Source: Fibrobacterota bacterium (GTDB lineage Bacteria; Fibrobacterota; Fibrobacteria; UBA11236). Taken from it: DNA of 64,000 nucleotides. The notes beneath the pieces were generated by a model, which ran no database searches, was not told the origin of the DNA, and worked only from the letters and a program-made list of their open reading frames with translations. Location: contig JAQBPN010000084.1 of the NCBI GenBank assembly GCA_028287505.1, forward strand, positions 22,147-86,146, in the 5' to 3' direction. Positions within the stretch are counted from its first letter, which is position 1. Every line of letters starts with the position of its first letter. A program made the position numbers and the translations under genes. Of the stretch, positions 18,171 through 27,880 are shown in pieces.

Positions 18171-19351
18171 GGCGCGCCCAGCAGGAGGGAAACGTTGGTC
18201 CCGCCGAATCCGAAGACGTTGCTGAGGGCGAAACGGAGGGGCCCCGGCGCCTTGCCTCCGGATCGCACCAGGTCCATGGGTTCGAGATCCGGATCCACCG
18301 CGCCGTCGTTCACTTGCGGGGGAAGGCATCCCTCCGGGTCCGCCAAAAGTGCCCAGCATATGCCCGCTTCCAGGGCTCCGGCCGCGCCCAGGGTATGCCC
18401 GGTCAGGGCCTTGGTGGAGGAACAGGCCACGCCGCCGGGAAACACCGCGCGCATGGCCCGGGATTCCATGACGTCGTTCTGGAGGGTCCCGGTACCATGC
18501 AGGTTTACGTAACCGACTTGATACGGTTCCACGCCCGCGTCCCTTAGGGCCGCCGCCATCGCATCCCGGGCGCCTTCGCCGCCGGGAAGGGGCGCGGAGA
18601 TGTTGTGCGCGTCCGAGGTTTCCCCTGCGCCCAGCAGGCGGACCGTTCCACGGTCGCGCCGCATGACGAAAAAGGCGGCCGCTTCCCCGATATTGATGCC
18701 CCTGCGATTGGGGCTGAAGGGAAGGCAGGGCTCCGGCGAAAGGGCCCCCAGGGCGGAGAAGCCGCGCAAGGTGAATTCGCACAGGGTGTCCACCCCGCCG
18801 ACCAGTACGGCATCGCAAACTCCCAGGCGGAGCAGACGGCGCCCCGAAGCCAGGGCCTTGGCGGAAGAAGAACAGGCGGTGGAAACCGTGAAGGCGGGCC
18901 CCTTGAGGCCCCAGGCCAGGGCCAGGAACTCCGCGGGCGATCCCAGTTCCATCTGCGCGTAGGCGAAAGAACGGGGCAGGGATCCGTTTTCCTTCGCCGA
19001 CAGGAATGCGGCTTCGGCTTCCGCCATGCCGGAAGTGGTGGTGCCCACCACCACGCCCACGCGGCCGGCTCCGAACGCGGCGACCGCCTGCAGCACCTCC
19101 GCTTCGATTTGCCGCGAGGTATACAGGGCCAGCCCGTTGTTGCGCGTCCTGTGCCCGATTGCGTATCCGTCCAAGGCGGGAAGCGCCGGTGATACCTCTC
19201 CCACGGTCTGGCGCTGCCCGGGAGTCCAGTGGTCGCGGGCGACCAGGCCGGGACTGACGCCCTTGCGCAGATTGGCCAGGATAGCCGGGGTCCCGTCTCC
19301 GGCGGCGCACGTCATTCCCGGCGCGCTGAGAAAAACGGCCTCTCGTTTCAC
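18167..19351 (-). CDS. apeO: Beta-ketoacyl-ACP synthase (ApeO)
   Basis: TRNN, STACSSSA, NLHGTGT, TGHTLGAAG, FGFGGTN. GTG start at 19351. Confidence 0.9.
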   Translation of the reverse strand: MKREAVFLSAPGMTCAAGDGTPAILANLRKGVSPGLVARDHWTPGQRQTVGEVSPALPALDGYAIGHRTRNNGLALYTSRQIEAEVLQAVAAFGAGRVGVVVGTTTSGMAEAEAAFLSAKENGSLPRSFAYAQMELGSPAEFLALAWGLKGPAFTVSTACSSSAKALASGRRLLRLGVCDAVLVGGVDTLCEFTLRGFSALGALSPEPCLPFSPNRRGINIGEAAAFFVMRRDRGTVRLLGAGETSDAHNISAPLPGGEGARDAMAAALRDAGVEPYQVGYVNLHGTGTLQNDVMESRAMRAVFPGGVACSSTKALTGHTLGAAGALEAGICWALLADPEGCLPPQVNDGAVDPDLEPMDLVRSGGKAPGPLRFALSNVFGFGGTNVSLLLGAP

Positions 19352-20016
19352 TGCGAGTCCCGTTCCACCGTGGTCACGTGCACCTGGTAGCCTTCGGCCA
19401 GATGATCGACCAGGACGCCTTCCCCTGTTTCCCCGCCCTCGCCGGCTTCCGGTCTGACGGACACCCAAGGACGCCCCCGCCAGGATAGCTTCCGTTCCGG
19501 GCCCTTGAAATCCGCGCTCCATCCCGTCTTGGCGAACACGCGCGTCAGGGAGGACTCGGGCCAATTCACGAGGACGATATCGCGCAGGATGGCTTCCCCG
19601 TCGATGGCCACCGGCAGGTTGGGGTCGCTTTCCTGCGCCACTTTTCCGCCCGACCAGGTGATGAGCACCAGGCGTTGTCCCATGGGACTCAGGCCCGCCA
19701 GGGTGAATGTCTTCCCGTCGTTCTCGATCACGGCCATGAGTTCCAGCGACTTGCCCTGGCGCTCCAACCTCAGGGATTGCACCCGACGGCCGGGCATGGT
19801 TCCGGTTTCCAGGGGAGGCAAGTCCCAGGCGGTGGGACGAGGGTGCATGAGGGCGCAGCCCGTGGTGAGCAAAAGGGCGCAGCCCGTTGTCAAAAAGAAG
19901 GCGCAGCCCGTGGTGAGCAAAAGGGCGCGGCCCGTGGCAAGAAAAAGGGCGTAGCCCGTGGTCAATAAAATGGCGCAGCGCGTGGCTGCGGCCGTCAGGA
20001 ACCTGGTGCCGCGCAA
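19348..20016 (-). CDS. apeN: DUF3261 lipoprotein (ApeN) with tandemly repeated signal-peptide/lipobox segment
   Basis: LAGLSPMGQRL, ILRDIVLVNWP, YQVHVTT. TTG start at 20016 preceded by GGAGG; gene position matches apeN. Confidence 0.8.
   Translation of the reverse strand: MRGTRFLTAAATRCAILLTTGYALFLATGRALLLTTGCAFFLTTGCALLLTTGCALMHPRPTAWDLPPLETGTMPGRRVQSLRLERQGKSLELMAVIENDGKTFTLAGLSPMGQRLVLITWSGGKVAQESDPNLPVAIDGEAILRDIVLVNWPESSLTRVFAKTGWSADFKGPERKLSWRGRPWVSVRPEAGEGGETGEGVLVDHLAEGYQVHVTTVERDSQ
19850..19985. repeat. 24-bp tandem repeat, 5 full copies plus a partial one
   Basis: Units start at 19850, 19874, 19898, 19922, 19946 and 19970; consensus AGGGCGCAGCCCGTGGTGAGCAAA, encoding ALLLTTGC-like units on the minus strand. 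Confidence 0.93.
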
Positions 20017-21239
20017 AGTTCCTCCAGAACCTTCAGGCGGGACGGATCGGCGACATAGGGATTGGACCTGTCCCAGGCGTATCCGGCCAGGATGGAACAA
20101 ATCATCGCCTTCACTTCCGGCTGCTGCCCGGGAAAGAAAATGACGTCCTGGAATCCGCCCCGGTACCAGGAATCCACGAAGGCGCGGAATGCGTCCACGC
20201 CGCGGCGCAGAGGGATATCGTACTCGCCGGCCCAATCGACGGCGGCCCCGGAGAGGTGTCTTTCCACCAGGGGCGCGACCAGGCTGGCCGAACGCATGGC
20301 GATGGTCACACCCGAACTGAAAACCGGATCGAGGAACTCGCCGGCATTGCCGAGCAGGGCGAAGGAAGGCCCATGCAGGGAGGCGACGTTCGCGGCATAG
20401 CCCTTGAGGGATCGGGCCGGCGTATCCCAGACCGCGTTGCTGAGCATATCGTTGAGGGCGGGGGTTTCCGCCACGATGGCTTTGAGGAGGGCGGTATCGT
20501 CCGCTCCGGGATTTTTTTGCCGGACGTGCTCCAGCAGGCGCGGTTCCGCCACCACGCCGATGGAACAGCGGCCATTGGAGAACGGGATCAGCCAATACCA
20601 GATGGCCTTGTCATCCGGGTGCACGCTGACCAGGATCTTCTCGCGGTCCATGCCGCCATGGGGTATGCCGTCGCGGATATGCGTGAACAGGGCCATGCGC
20701 ACCGGGAATTCGGAAGGGGTTTCCAGCTTCAACAGCCGGGGCAGCAGGCGTCCGAAGCCGGTGGCGTCCAGAACGAAGCGGGCCTTTATTTCCAGGTCGC
20801 CGCCGGGATGCCTGATGGTCAAGCGCCCTCCCGTGCCGTCCATGGCCACCGCGGTCACTTCATGGCGATAGTGCACGGGAACGCCTTGGGCGGCCACGGC
20901 ATCGATGAGCACTTTGTCGAAATCGGCGCGCACCACCTGGAAGGTCGTGCTCCAACCCTTGCTGCTCTTGTCGCGGAAGTCGAAGACGGAGGAACGTTCG
21001 CCGCGGCGGAAGGCCGCGCCGTTCTTGTGCTGGAAGCCCGCTTCCACCACCGGGCGCAGCAATCCGGCTTCTTCCAGGATTTCCATGGTCTGGGGCAGCA
21101 GGCTCTCGCCGATGGAAAAACGCGGGAAGGTCTCCCGTTCGAAAACGGCGACCTTCAATCCCCGCTTATGCAGCAACGCCGCGGCCAGGCTCCCGGACGG
21201 GCCGGCGCCCAGTATCGCAACGTCCAGATCATGAGCCAT
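19995..21239 (-). CDS. FAD-dependent oxidoreductase, flavin-dependent halogenase-like
   Basis: GAGPSG, FPRFSIGESL, FQHKNGA, WYWLIP (WxWxIP), FLDPVFSSGV. Start ATG 21239. Confidence 0.85.
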   Translation of the reverse strand: MAHDLDVAILGAGPSGSLAAALLHKRGLKVAVFERETFPRFSIGESLLPQTMEILEEAGLLRPVVEAGFQHKNGAAFRRGERSSVFDFRDKSSKGWSTTFQVVRADFDKVLIDAVAAQGVPVHYRHEVTAVAMDGTGGRLTIRHPGGDLEIKARFVLDATGFGRLLPRLLKLETPSEFPVRMALFTHIRDGIPHGGMDREKILVSVHPDDKAIWYWLIPFSNGRCSIGVVAEPRLLEHVRQKNPGADDTALLKAIVAETPALNDMLSNAVWDTPARSLKGYAANVASLHGPSFALLGNAGEFLDPVFSSGVTIAMRSASLVAPLVERHLSGAAVDWAGEYDIPLRRGVDAFRAFVDSWYRGGFQDVIFFPGQQPEVKAMICSILAGYAWDRSNPYVADPSRLKVLEELCAAPGS

Positions 21240-23604
21240 TCGCAAATCCTTCTTCTTCATTTGAAACCGCAAAGCAAGGCGCGGTCAACCAGGCGACGCC
21301 GAGTCCCACCGCCAGGACCAGTCCGAAGGCTTTCAAGGCCGGAGTGGTGCTGAACACCAACATGCCGAAAGCTAACATATTCGAGGCCGCGCCCATATTG
21401 ATGGCCACCAGGGCGGCCGCCCGCTGGCGCTGTCGCCTGCTTTCCTGGACGAAAATGCCGTAATCGATTCCCATCCCCAGGATCAGGGCCAGGGCCAGCA
21501 AAGCGAAAAGATTCACGGGGAGTCCGCTCCAACCCAGGCTTCCCAATCCGGCGCCCACGCCCAGCGCGGCCGGCGCCACGGCGCCCCAGGCCCGTTTCCG
21601 GAACAGGAGAATCAGGGCGGCCAGCACGATGCCGGATCCGATGCACAGCACCCAGACCAGATGGCGCCGCAGAAAAGCAAGAGTGTCCGAGACGTCCTGA
21701 ATCTGATCCACGAGCACGATGTCCGGGTCCGCGTTTTTGGCCAAGGCCCGCAAGGGCTCCATGCCCAGGCGCATGGCCGCGGGAACGGGAACCACGGTGG
21801 CGACGGCGCCGTCCCCGAGGCCGTCCGGCGGCCCGCGCCAGAGATACCGGAACGGCGCGGACACCGGATCCGCCAGCCATTGCGCCACGGTCACGGGACG
21901 CGAGTTTTTTTCCAGGTCCTTCCGCAAATCCGTTTCCAGCTCCGGAGCGCCCAGGTCCCGGGCCAAGCGCGCGCCGGTTCCGCCCGCGCCTTCGAAGGCC
22001 GATCGCAGCAAGGCCGAATCCCCGGCTTGGCGGGACCGGGAAGGCACGAAGGCGGAAACGCCCACCGCCGTCGACCCTGCGGAATCCGCCGCCGCCATCG
22101 CGGCCAGAAGTTTCTCCTCCCGTTCTAGGACCTGCTGCCCGTCCTTGCCGCGCACCAGGAAGAAGCGGCCGCCCCCCGGCATCCGCAGCACGGACATGAT
22201 CTTGTCCTGTTCTTGTTGCAAGCGCAGGTCATGGGCGTAGAGCAGGCGCACGTCATCGTCCACGCGCATGCGCAGGCAACCCCATAGGGAGAAGGCCAGC
22301 AGTCCCGTCAACGCCAGCCCGGTCGCATAGCCGCCATGCACCTTGGGCCATCTCCGTTCCATGGCTTCCGCCGCGCGGCGCACGCCGGCGCCCACCGGTT
22401 TCAGGCGCGTTCCCAGCCAGGGATACCAAAGCATCACCGTGGCCCAGGACGCGACCAGTCCGGCGATGGAGAACAGGCCGATCTGCCGCAGGCCGGGAAT
22501 GGGCACGAAGAACAGGGCCAGGTATCCCAGCACGGAGGTGAGCAATCCCAGGAAGATGCTGCGCTGCACGTCCAGGAGCCGCCGCCGGCCGTCCCAGGGC
22601 TTGTCCTCGTAGAGACCGGCGATGAACAACATGCCGTAATCCTCGGCTACGCCCACGATGGTGGACCCGAACACCATGGCGATGAGATGGACCTTGCCTC
22701 CGCCCGCCCATAGCAAAATGGCGGTAGCGGCCATGCACCCGATGACGACGGGAAGAAATCCGAGCAGGGTGGGCCAGATGCCGCGGAAGGCCAGCAGCAT
22801 CAACACGATCAGGAGCACGGCGGAAACGGTGCCGATGGAGGTCATCTCCTTGTGGGCCTGGCGCGCGGCGAGCAATTCGTGGAACACGAAGCCGGAGCGC
22901 AGGACCGTCGCGCCGGGAACGGCTTCCGCCGCCCGGCCCGCGCTGTCGAAGCGGGCGGACAGGAGGTTCTGGGCCTGCATGCCGCGCCCGCGGGGACCCA
23001 GGGTTCCCAATACGGCCACGGCGGTTTTCCCGTCCACCTCCGCGGTGAGATGCCCGTTCCGGAGGGTGAGGCCCGCGCTCGCCCCGCTGCGCGAGGACAG
23101 CCATCGGCCCCAGGTGCCGAAGGGATCCTTGCGGAACCCCAGACTGCCGGAAACGCCGGGCGGCAGGTACAGGGTGCGTTGCGCGGCGTCATATAGGCTG
23201 CCCGAGTCGCGTTCCAGGGCTTCGCGATCCTCCGCGGAAAGGAGCGCGTACCGGTGCGGCTCGTAGAAGTCCAGCATGCGGCCCACGCCGGTGGCCGGGA
23301 TTGCGCAGGCCACTTCCTGCATGCTTCCGGACGCGCGCAACCGCGCCGCATAGGCTTCGGCGGCCAGGACGGCTTTTTCCGGATCGGCATGCGCGACCAG
23401 GACCAGGAAGCGTCTTTCCAATTCCGAGCGGAGCGCCGCGCCGGCTTCGCGCACGGCGGGATCCTGGTTCCGCTCCGGAAGCAGGGCGAAGATGCTGCTT
23501 TCGATGGAGGCGGTGGGAAGCCGCCAGGCGAGATAGGCGCCGCAGGCGAGGATAAACAGGGCCCAGGCGAGGGCGAGCGCTTTTTTGATCACGGAACTAA
23601 TCAC
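21229..23604 (-). CDS. apeM: MMPL/RND family exporter (ApeM)
   Basis: About 12 TM segments in two repeats, GVAEDYG and GMGIDYG motifs, large periplasmic loops. Confidence 0.88.
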   Translation of the reverse strand: MISSVIKKALALAWALFILACGAYLAWRLPTASIESSIFALLPERNQDPAVREAGAALRSELERRFLVLVAHADPEKAVLAAEAYAARLRASGSMQEVACAIPATGVGRMLDFYEPHRYALLSAEDREALERDSGSLYDAAQRTLYLPPGVSGSLGFRKDPFGTWGRWLSSRSGASAGLTLRNGHLTAEVDGKTAVAVLGTLGPRGRGMQAQNLLSARFDSAGRAAEAVPGATVLRSGFVFHELLAARQAHKEMTSIGTVSAVLLIVLMLLAFRGIWPTLLGFLPVVIGCMAATAILLWAGGGKVHLIAMVFGSTIVGVAEDYGMLFIAGLYEDKPWDGRRRLLDVQRSIFLGLLTSVLGYLALFFVPIPGLRQIGLFSIAGLVASWATVMLWYPWLGTRLKPVGAGVRRAAEAMERRWPKVHGGYATGLALTGLLAFSLWGCLRMRVDDDVRLLYAHDLRLQQEQDKIMSVLRMPGGGRFFLVRGKDGQQVLEREEKLLAAMAAADSAGSTAVGVSAFVPSRSRQAGDSALLRSAFEGAGGTGARLARDLGAPELETDLRKDLEKNSRPVTVAQWLADPVSAPFRYLWRGPPDGLGDGAVATVVPVPAAMRLGMEPLRALAKNADPDIVLVDQIQDVSDTLAFLRRHLVWVLCIGSGIVLAALILLFRKRAWGAVAPAALGVGAGLGSLGWSGLPVNLFALLALALILGMGIDYGIFVQESRRQRQRAAALVAINMGAASNMLAFGMLVFSTTPALKAFGLVLAVGLGVAWLTAPCFAVSNEEEGFANGS

Positions 23605-24235
23605 GGAATGCGTCGGCCTGCCAGGAACCCAGTTCCCCGGCGTTGTCCGCCACCCCGGCGAAATCGATGCGGGTCTTGTCGCCGTTGGTTTCGGAGTATT
23701 CCACGCGGTCGACGTGCTTGCTTCCCTGCAAGAGGATGGAGAGGATGACGCGGGCGACCACGGGATCCAACGGCTTCAGCTCCAGTGACCAGCCGCCCCC
23801 GCCGCCCACCTCGCTTTCTTTCGTAACGGAGAAAGCCTTGGCGAGGGATGCGGGATCCCCGGCCAGCACCTTCTGGATCATGTCCATGGCCGCGCCCAGG
23901 TTGCCTTGGTGGATGGGCTCGCGCTTGAGATCGGCGCCCGTCCGTTTCAGGGACCAGATTCCCTTCCGCGTGACGGCCACGGCGGCGGCAAACGGCTTCT
24001 GCGTGCGCCAGATGACCCCCTTGTCGCGCACGACCAGGAAATCGCCCGTGCTGATCAGGGGTTTCTTCAATCCTACGATGCGTTTTTCCTGGGTGAAGCG
24101 TCCGGACAGGATCGGCGGCGAGGCCAGGCGGTCCGCAAGCGGCGCTTTCGCGGCTTCGGCTCCCAGGCTCGGGTTGAAGTTCAGGATCAAACCCAGGCCC
24201 AGGCAAAGGGAACCCGCGAACGGAAGTGATTTCAT
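23597..24235 (-). CDS. apeL: LolA-like periplasmic carrier protein (ApeL)
   Basis: Signal peptide; GRFTQEKRI..KPLISTGDF..GVIWRTQKPF, WSLELKP, ETNGDKTRIDF. Confidence 0.85.
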   Translation of the reverse strand: MKSLPFAGSLCLGLGLILNFNPSLGAEAAKAPLADRLASPPILSGRFTQEKRIVGLKKPLISTGDFLVVRDKGVIWRTQKPFAAAVAVTRKGIWSLKRTGADLKREPIHQGNLGAAMDMIQKVLAGDPASLAKAFSVTKESEVGGGGGWSLELKPLDPVVARVILSILLQGSKHVDRVEYSETNGDKTRIDFAGVADNAGELGSWQADAFRD

Positions 24236-24642
24236 TTCAGGGCGCTCCGTATTTTCGAGGCGAAAACCTCCGGGGTCTCGAACTGCAGTTCTCCCGTGCG
24301 CATGTCCACGGCCACCTGCACGCTGTCCGCCTTGGTGATCTTCTCGCCCGTGACCGCATCGTGGATCAGGAACTCCATGCGCACGCGGTTTTCCCATTCC
24401 ACCAGGGTGGCGGTAACGCGCAGGCGCTGGCCCAGACGCGCGGGCTGCACGTACCGGATATGCAGGTCCACCACCGGCCAGCTGAATCCGCTCGCCTCCA
24501 TGGCCGTATATCCGAAGCCCAGCTTTTCCAACAAGGCGTTGCGGCCTATCTCGAGGAAGCGCGCATAGTTTCCATGCCAGACCACCTTCATGGCGTCCAC
24601 GTCGAAGAACTCGACCAGGATATCCGCGCTGGCCGTGATCAT
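24232..24642 (-). CDS. apeK: Acyl-CoA thioesterase, 4HBT/YbgC-like (ApeK)
   Basis: FFDVDAMKVVWHGNYARFLE, WPVVDLHIRY, EWENR. Start ATG 24642. Confidence 0.9.
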   Translation of the reverse strand: MITASADILVEFFDVDAMKVVWHGNYARFLEIGRNALLEKLGFGYTAMEASGFSWPVVDLHIRYVQPARLGQRLRVTATLVEWENRVRMEFLIHDAVTGEKITKADSVQVAVDMRTGELQFETPEVFASKIRSALK

Positions 24643-26198
24643 GGGCCTGCCTCCAAGTCTCCGCCCACCAGAGCCGGGTCCCGCGCGCGTAGTCCTTCCA
24701 GCAGGCTGCGCAGATCGTCTTCCAGGGACCGGTCCGCCTGGACCAGGGCGCTGCGCCCGCGCGTCCAGACCAAGGCGGCGCCCAAGGGACCGTGGAGATC
24801 CGCGGCGACGCGGCCCTGCTCGCGCATACGCAATTCCACTCCCTGGCAGGCGGCCAGCAGGCCGCAAGCCGCCACCTGTTCGGTCAATTCCAGGACGCGC
24901 CGGCAATCGCGGGCCGCGAGCGTGCCCAGGCTCACCTTGTCCTGGTTGTGGCTTTCCGTGGAACGGGAGAACACGCTGGCGGGCATGCACAGTTTCAGGG
25001 CTTCCGCCGTGCAGGCGGACGCGGTGATCTGCAGGGCCTTGAGCCCGTGGTCGGTGGCGGATTCCGCGCCCACGGCGCCGCTCAGGTTGGCGGGCAGGCC
25101 GGCGTTCATTTTCGGATCGACCAGCAGGGCGATCTGGCGATCGATGAGATCGGCCAGGTTGGCCACCGTAGTCTTCATCGAGTCCATCACGTGGCAGATA
25201 TGCCCGCCGTAGAAATGGCCGCCGTGGTAGACCACGCCGTTCTCGGCGTCCACTATCGGGTTGTCGTTGGAGCTGTTGAGTTCGGTTTCGATGAAGTCCC
25301 GGTACCAGGGCAGGCAGTCCTCCAGCACGCCGATCACGTGCGGGGCGCAGCGGATGGAATACCTGTCCTGAAGGCTCCCCCCCGGCGTAACCTGATCCCG
25401 TTGCGCCAGATCCCGGCGGATGCGCGCGGCCGCGGCCCCCATGCCCGTGAAAGGCTTGACCGCGAAAAGGCCTTCGGCGAAGTGGCCGGCGTTGCCGTCC
25501 AGGGCCACCAGGGTCAGGGCCGTCAGGCGGGAGCAGACCAGCGTCAGGTATTCCGCCCGGGCGAAGTTCAGGCAGGCGATGGCGGTCATGACGGCGGTGC
25601 CGTTCATCATCGCCAGGGCTTCTTTGGGCCGCAGGCTGTAAGGATGCAGTCCCGCGGTCCGCAGCGCCTCCGCCGCGGGTACCATATCGCCGTCCTTCCA
25701 CGCCCGGCGTTCGCCGCACAGCACGGCCGCCACGTAGGAAAGGGGAGTGAGATCGCCGCTGGCGCCCACGGAACCTTCTTCGGGAATGACGGGCAGGATG
25801 TCGTGCTGCAAAAGCGCCTGCAGCCCTTCCAGCAACGCGAAGCTCACGCCCGAATAGCCCCGGGCCAGGGAGATGAGGCGGGAAGCCAGGATGGCGCGCG
25901 TCTCTTCTTCGCAGAACGGCCGCCCCAGGCCCACTCCGTGGTAGCGGACCAGCTTGGCGGGCAGCAGGGAGGCGAGCAGCGGGGAAACCTGCACGGACAC
26001 GTTCTCGCCGTAGCCGGTGGTCACGCCGTAGACGGTCCCGTTCCGCTCGATGAGGGCGTCGATGAGATCGGCGCCTTTGTTGATGCGGACGCGGAAGCCT
26101 CCGCTCTCGCCCATCCGCGATGCGGCCTTCCTTTCGGCCAAGGCCACCACATCCTCAAGGCGCAACCTGCCGCCGTCGAAAACAACCGTCCGCTTCAT
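24639..26198 (-). CDS. MIO-dependent aromatic amino acid ammonia-lyase (HAL/PAL/TAL family)
   Basis: YGVTTGYG, GSVGASGDL (MIO-forming ASG), KEALAMMNGT, QDRYSIRC, NDNP, STESHNQDKVS. Confidence 0.93.
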   Translation of the reverse strand: MKRTVVFDGGRLRLEDVVALAERKAASRMGESGGFRVRINKGADLIDALIERNGTVYGVTTGYGENVSVQVSPLLASLLPAKLVRYHGVGLGRPFCEEETRAILASRLISLARGYSGVSFALLEGLQALLQHDILPVIPEEGSVGASGDLTPLSYVAAVLCGERRAWKDGDMVPAAEALRTAGLHPYSLRPKEALAMMNGTAVMTAIACLNFARAEYLTLVCSRLTALTLVALDGNAGHFAEGLFAVKPFTGMGAAAARIRRDLAQRDQVTPGGSLQDRYSIRCAPHVIGVLEDCLPWYRDFIETELNSSNDNPIVDAENGVVYHGGHFYGGHICHVMDSMKTTVANLADLIDRQIALLVDPKMNAGLPANLSGAVGAESATDHGLKALQITASACTAEALKLCMPASVFSRSTESHNQDKVSLGTLAARDCRRVLELTEQVAACGLLAACQGVELRMREQGRVAADLHGPLGAALVWTRGRSALVQADRSLEDDLRSLLEGLRARDPALVGGDLEAGP

Positions 26199-27136
26199 GG
26201 CTTACCAACTTCCGGGTCGCCCCAAAAACGATAGATGTTGCCCCAGAGCATGGGCGCCAAAGTGCAATAGTACGAAAGTCTGTCCGCATACCGGCCGGCC
26301 AGGGCCGCCAGGTCTTCGCGCCGCGTGGCGCGGTTCAAGGCGATCCGTTCCGAAAAGGCCTCGTAATGGATGTCATAGCGGCCGTTCCGGCCGATGCAGA
26401 AGAACAGGAATACCGGGCATTCCAGCACCGAAGCCAGCACGTAGGGCCCGATGGGCAAAGGCGCCGGATGCGCCAGGAACGGCGCCCAGGCGATCCCTTT
26501 GCCGTCCAGGGGAACCCGGTCCCCGGCGATCAGGACCACCTCTCCCGCATCGATCTTGTCCTTCAACAGCATGGCGGTGGCGGGGGAAATGTCGCTCACC
26601 TGGAACAGGGACATCTGGCTCATGGGATTGATCCGGCTCATCAGGGCGATGAAACGCGGATTGTGCTTGGTGTGCACCAGCACGTTCACGTGGACCTTCC
26701 GCTCGCTCAGGGCCAGGTGGCGCGCCACTTCCATGTTCCCCAGGTGGGAACCGATCAGCAATATACCCTTGCCCCGTTCGAGCGCGCGCACCACCGCCTC
26801 GCGGCCGTGGCGGGCGAAGCGGGGAGGAGCGCTTTGGGGATCCCAGGCCAGGACCCTTTCCAGCACGCCCTCTCCGGAAACCAGCAGATGCCTGAAGACG
26901 GAAAAGTAGGAAGGCCTTCCTTTCGATCCCCGGAACGCGTAGAGGCGCTCCAGATACTGGCGGGACGCGTCCCGCTTGGATTTGCGAGTGAGGAAGAAAT
27001 AGAGCACCACCGGAACCAACGCGATGCGGAAAGGCCAGCGGCCCAGGCTGCGGCTGACCTCGAACAGAAAGCGCAGGCCCCAGGCGGAACCCAATTCCGC
27101 CGTGCCGGCCCAATGATCCTCGGCTACCGGTCTCAT
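26195..27136 (-). CDS. LpxL-like acyltransferase (acyltransferase half of ApeJ)
   Basis: HWAGTAELG, GSHLGNME, IAGDRVP, WGNIYRFW. Start ATG 27136. Confidence 0.85.
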   Translation of the reverse strand: MRPVAEDHWAGTAELGSAWGLRFLFEVSRSLGRWPFRIALVPVVLYFFLTRKSKRDASRQYLERLYAFRGSKGRPSYFSVFRHLLVSGEGVLERVLAWDPQSAPPRFARHGREAVVRALERGKGILLIGSHLGNMEVARHLALSERKVHVNVLVHTKHNPRFIALMSRINPMSQMSLFQVSDISPATAMLLKDKIDAGEVVLIAGDRVPLDGKGIAWAPFLAHPAPLPIGPYVLASVLECPVFLFFCIGRNGRYDIHYEAFSERIALNRATRREDLAALAGRYADRLSYYCTLAPMLWGNIYRFWGDPEVGKP

Positions 27137-27870
27137 GCGATGGCCTTGCGCAGAAGCGGGACAAAGCGCGCCAGCATCCCGAAGAACAGCCGGGTATGCA
27201 TCCAGGATATGAGGGTATTGTCCAGCCCCAGGCGGAAATGGGACACGCCGCCTTCCGGATAGTTCACGGCCACGGGCAGAAAGCGCAAGGCGAGCCCGGC
27301 CCACTTGAGACGCACCAGCACCTCCGGATCGAAGTCCATGCGGTTTCCGGTCCGGCCCGCGTCGAGCACCCGCAGGGTGGCGGCCAGGGGATAGACCCGC
27401 AAGCCGCACATCCCATCGGGAATGGCCCTGGAAAGGGTGTTCACCTTGACCCAGAAATTGGTCAGCCGCCTTCCGTACAGGCGGGAGGATGGAACGCTGG
27501 CGTCGAACACCGGCCGGCCGCAGATGACGGCGTCCGGTTCCTTTTCGGCCGCGGCCAGGAGTTCCGGCAAGGCCCGCAAATCGTGTTGTCCGTCCGCGTC
27601 CACCTGGAGCGCATGGGTGAATCCCAGCTTCGCGGCCAGCCGCAATCCGGCCTTCACGGCCGCGCCCTTGCCGCCGTTCCTGTCCAGGCGCGCCAGGGTA
27701 ACCTGGGTGTTATGCGCGGCGGCCAGGCTTTCCAGGGCCCTTCGGCACGCCTCGCCGGAGCCGTCGTCCACCACCACGCAGGGAATCCCGTTGGGGCGCA
27801 GTCCCGCCAACACTTTTTGCAACGGGCCCGCGTGCTCATAGACCGGAATGACGATGCAGGGGCGGAACAT
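27133..27870 (-). CDS. Glycosyltransferase family 2 (GT half of ApeJ)
   Basis: IVIPVY, VVDDGS, NGGKGAA, QVDADGQH, RMDFDPE, SHF. Confidence 0.9.
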   Translation of the reverse strand: MFRPCIVIPVYEHAGPLQKVLAGLRPNGIPCVVVDDGSGEACRRALESLAAAHNTQVTLARLDRNGGKGAAVKAGLRLAAKLGFTHALQVDADGQHDLRALPELLAAAEKEPDAVICGRPVFDASVPSSRLYGRRLTNFWVKVNTLSRAIPDGMCGLRVYPLAATLRVLDAGRTGNRMDFDPEVLVRLKWAGLALRFLPVAVNYPEGGVSHFRLGLDNTLISWMHTRLFFGMLARFVPLLRKAIA

Positions 27871-27880
27871 CAGGAGGCCG

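Noticed and set aside
15740-19351. Primary fatty-acid synthesis operon
   Set aside because: The CLF, paired ACPs, MMPL, LolA-like and DUF3261 context identifies an APE cluster; fabD, fabH and plsX are absent.
19850-19985. Possible CRISPR array
   Set aside because: Units are contiguous without spacers, in frame within a CDS, and no cas genes are present.
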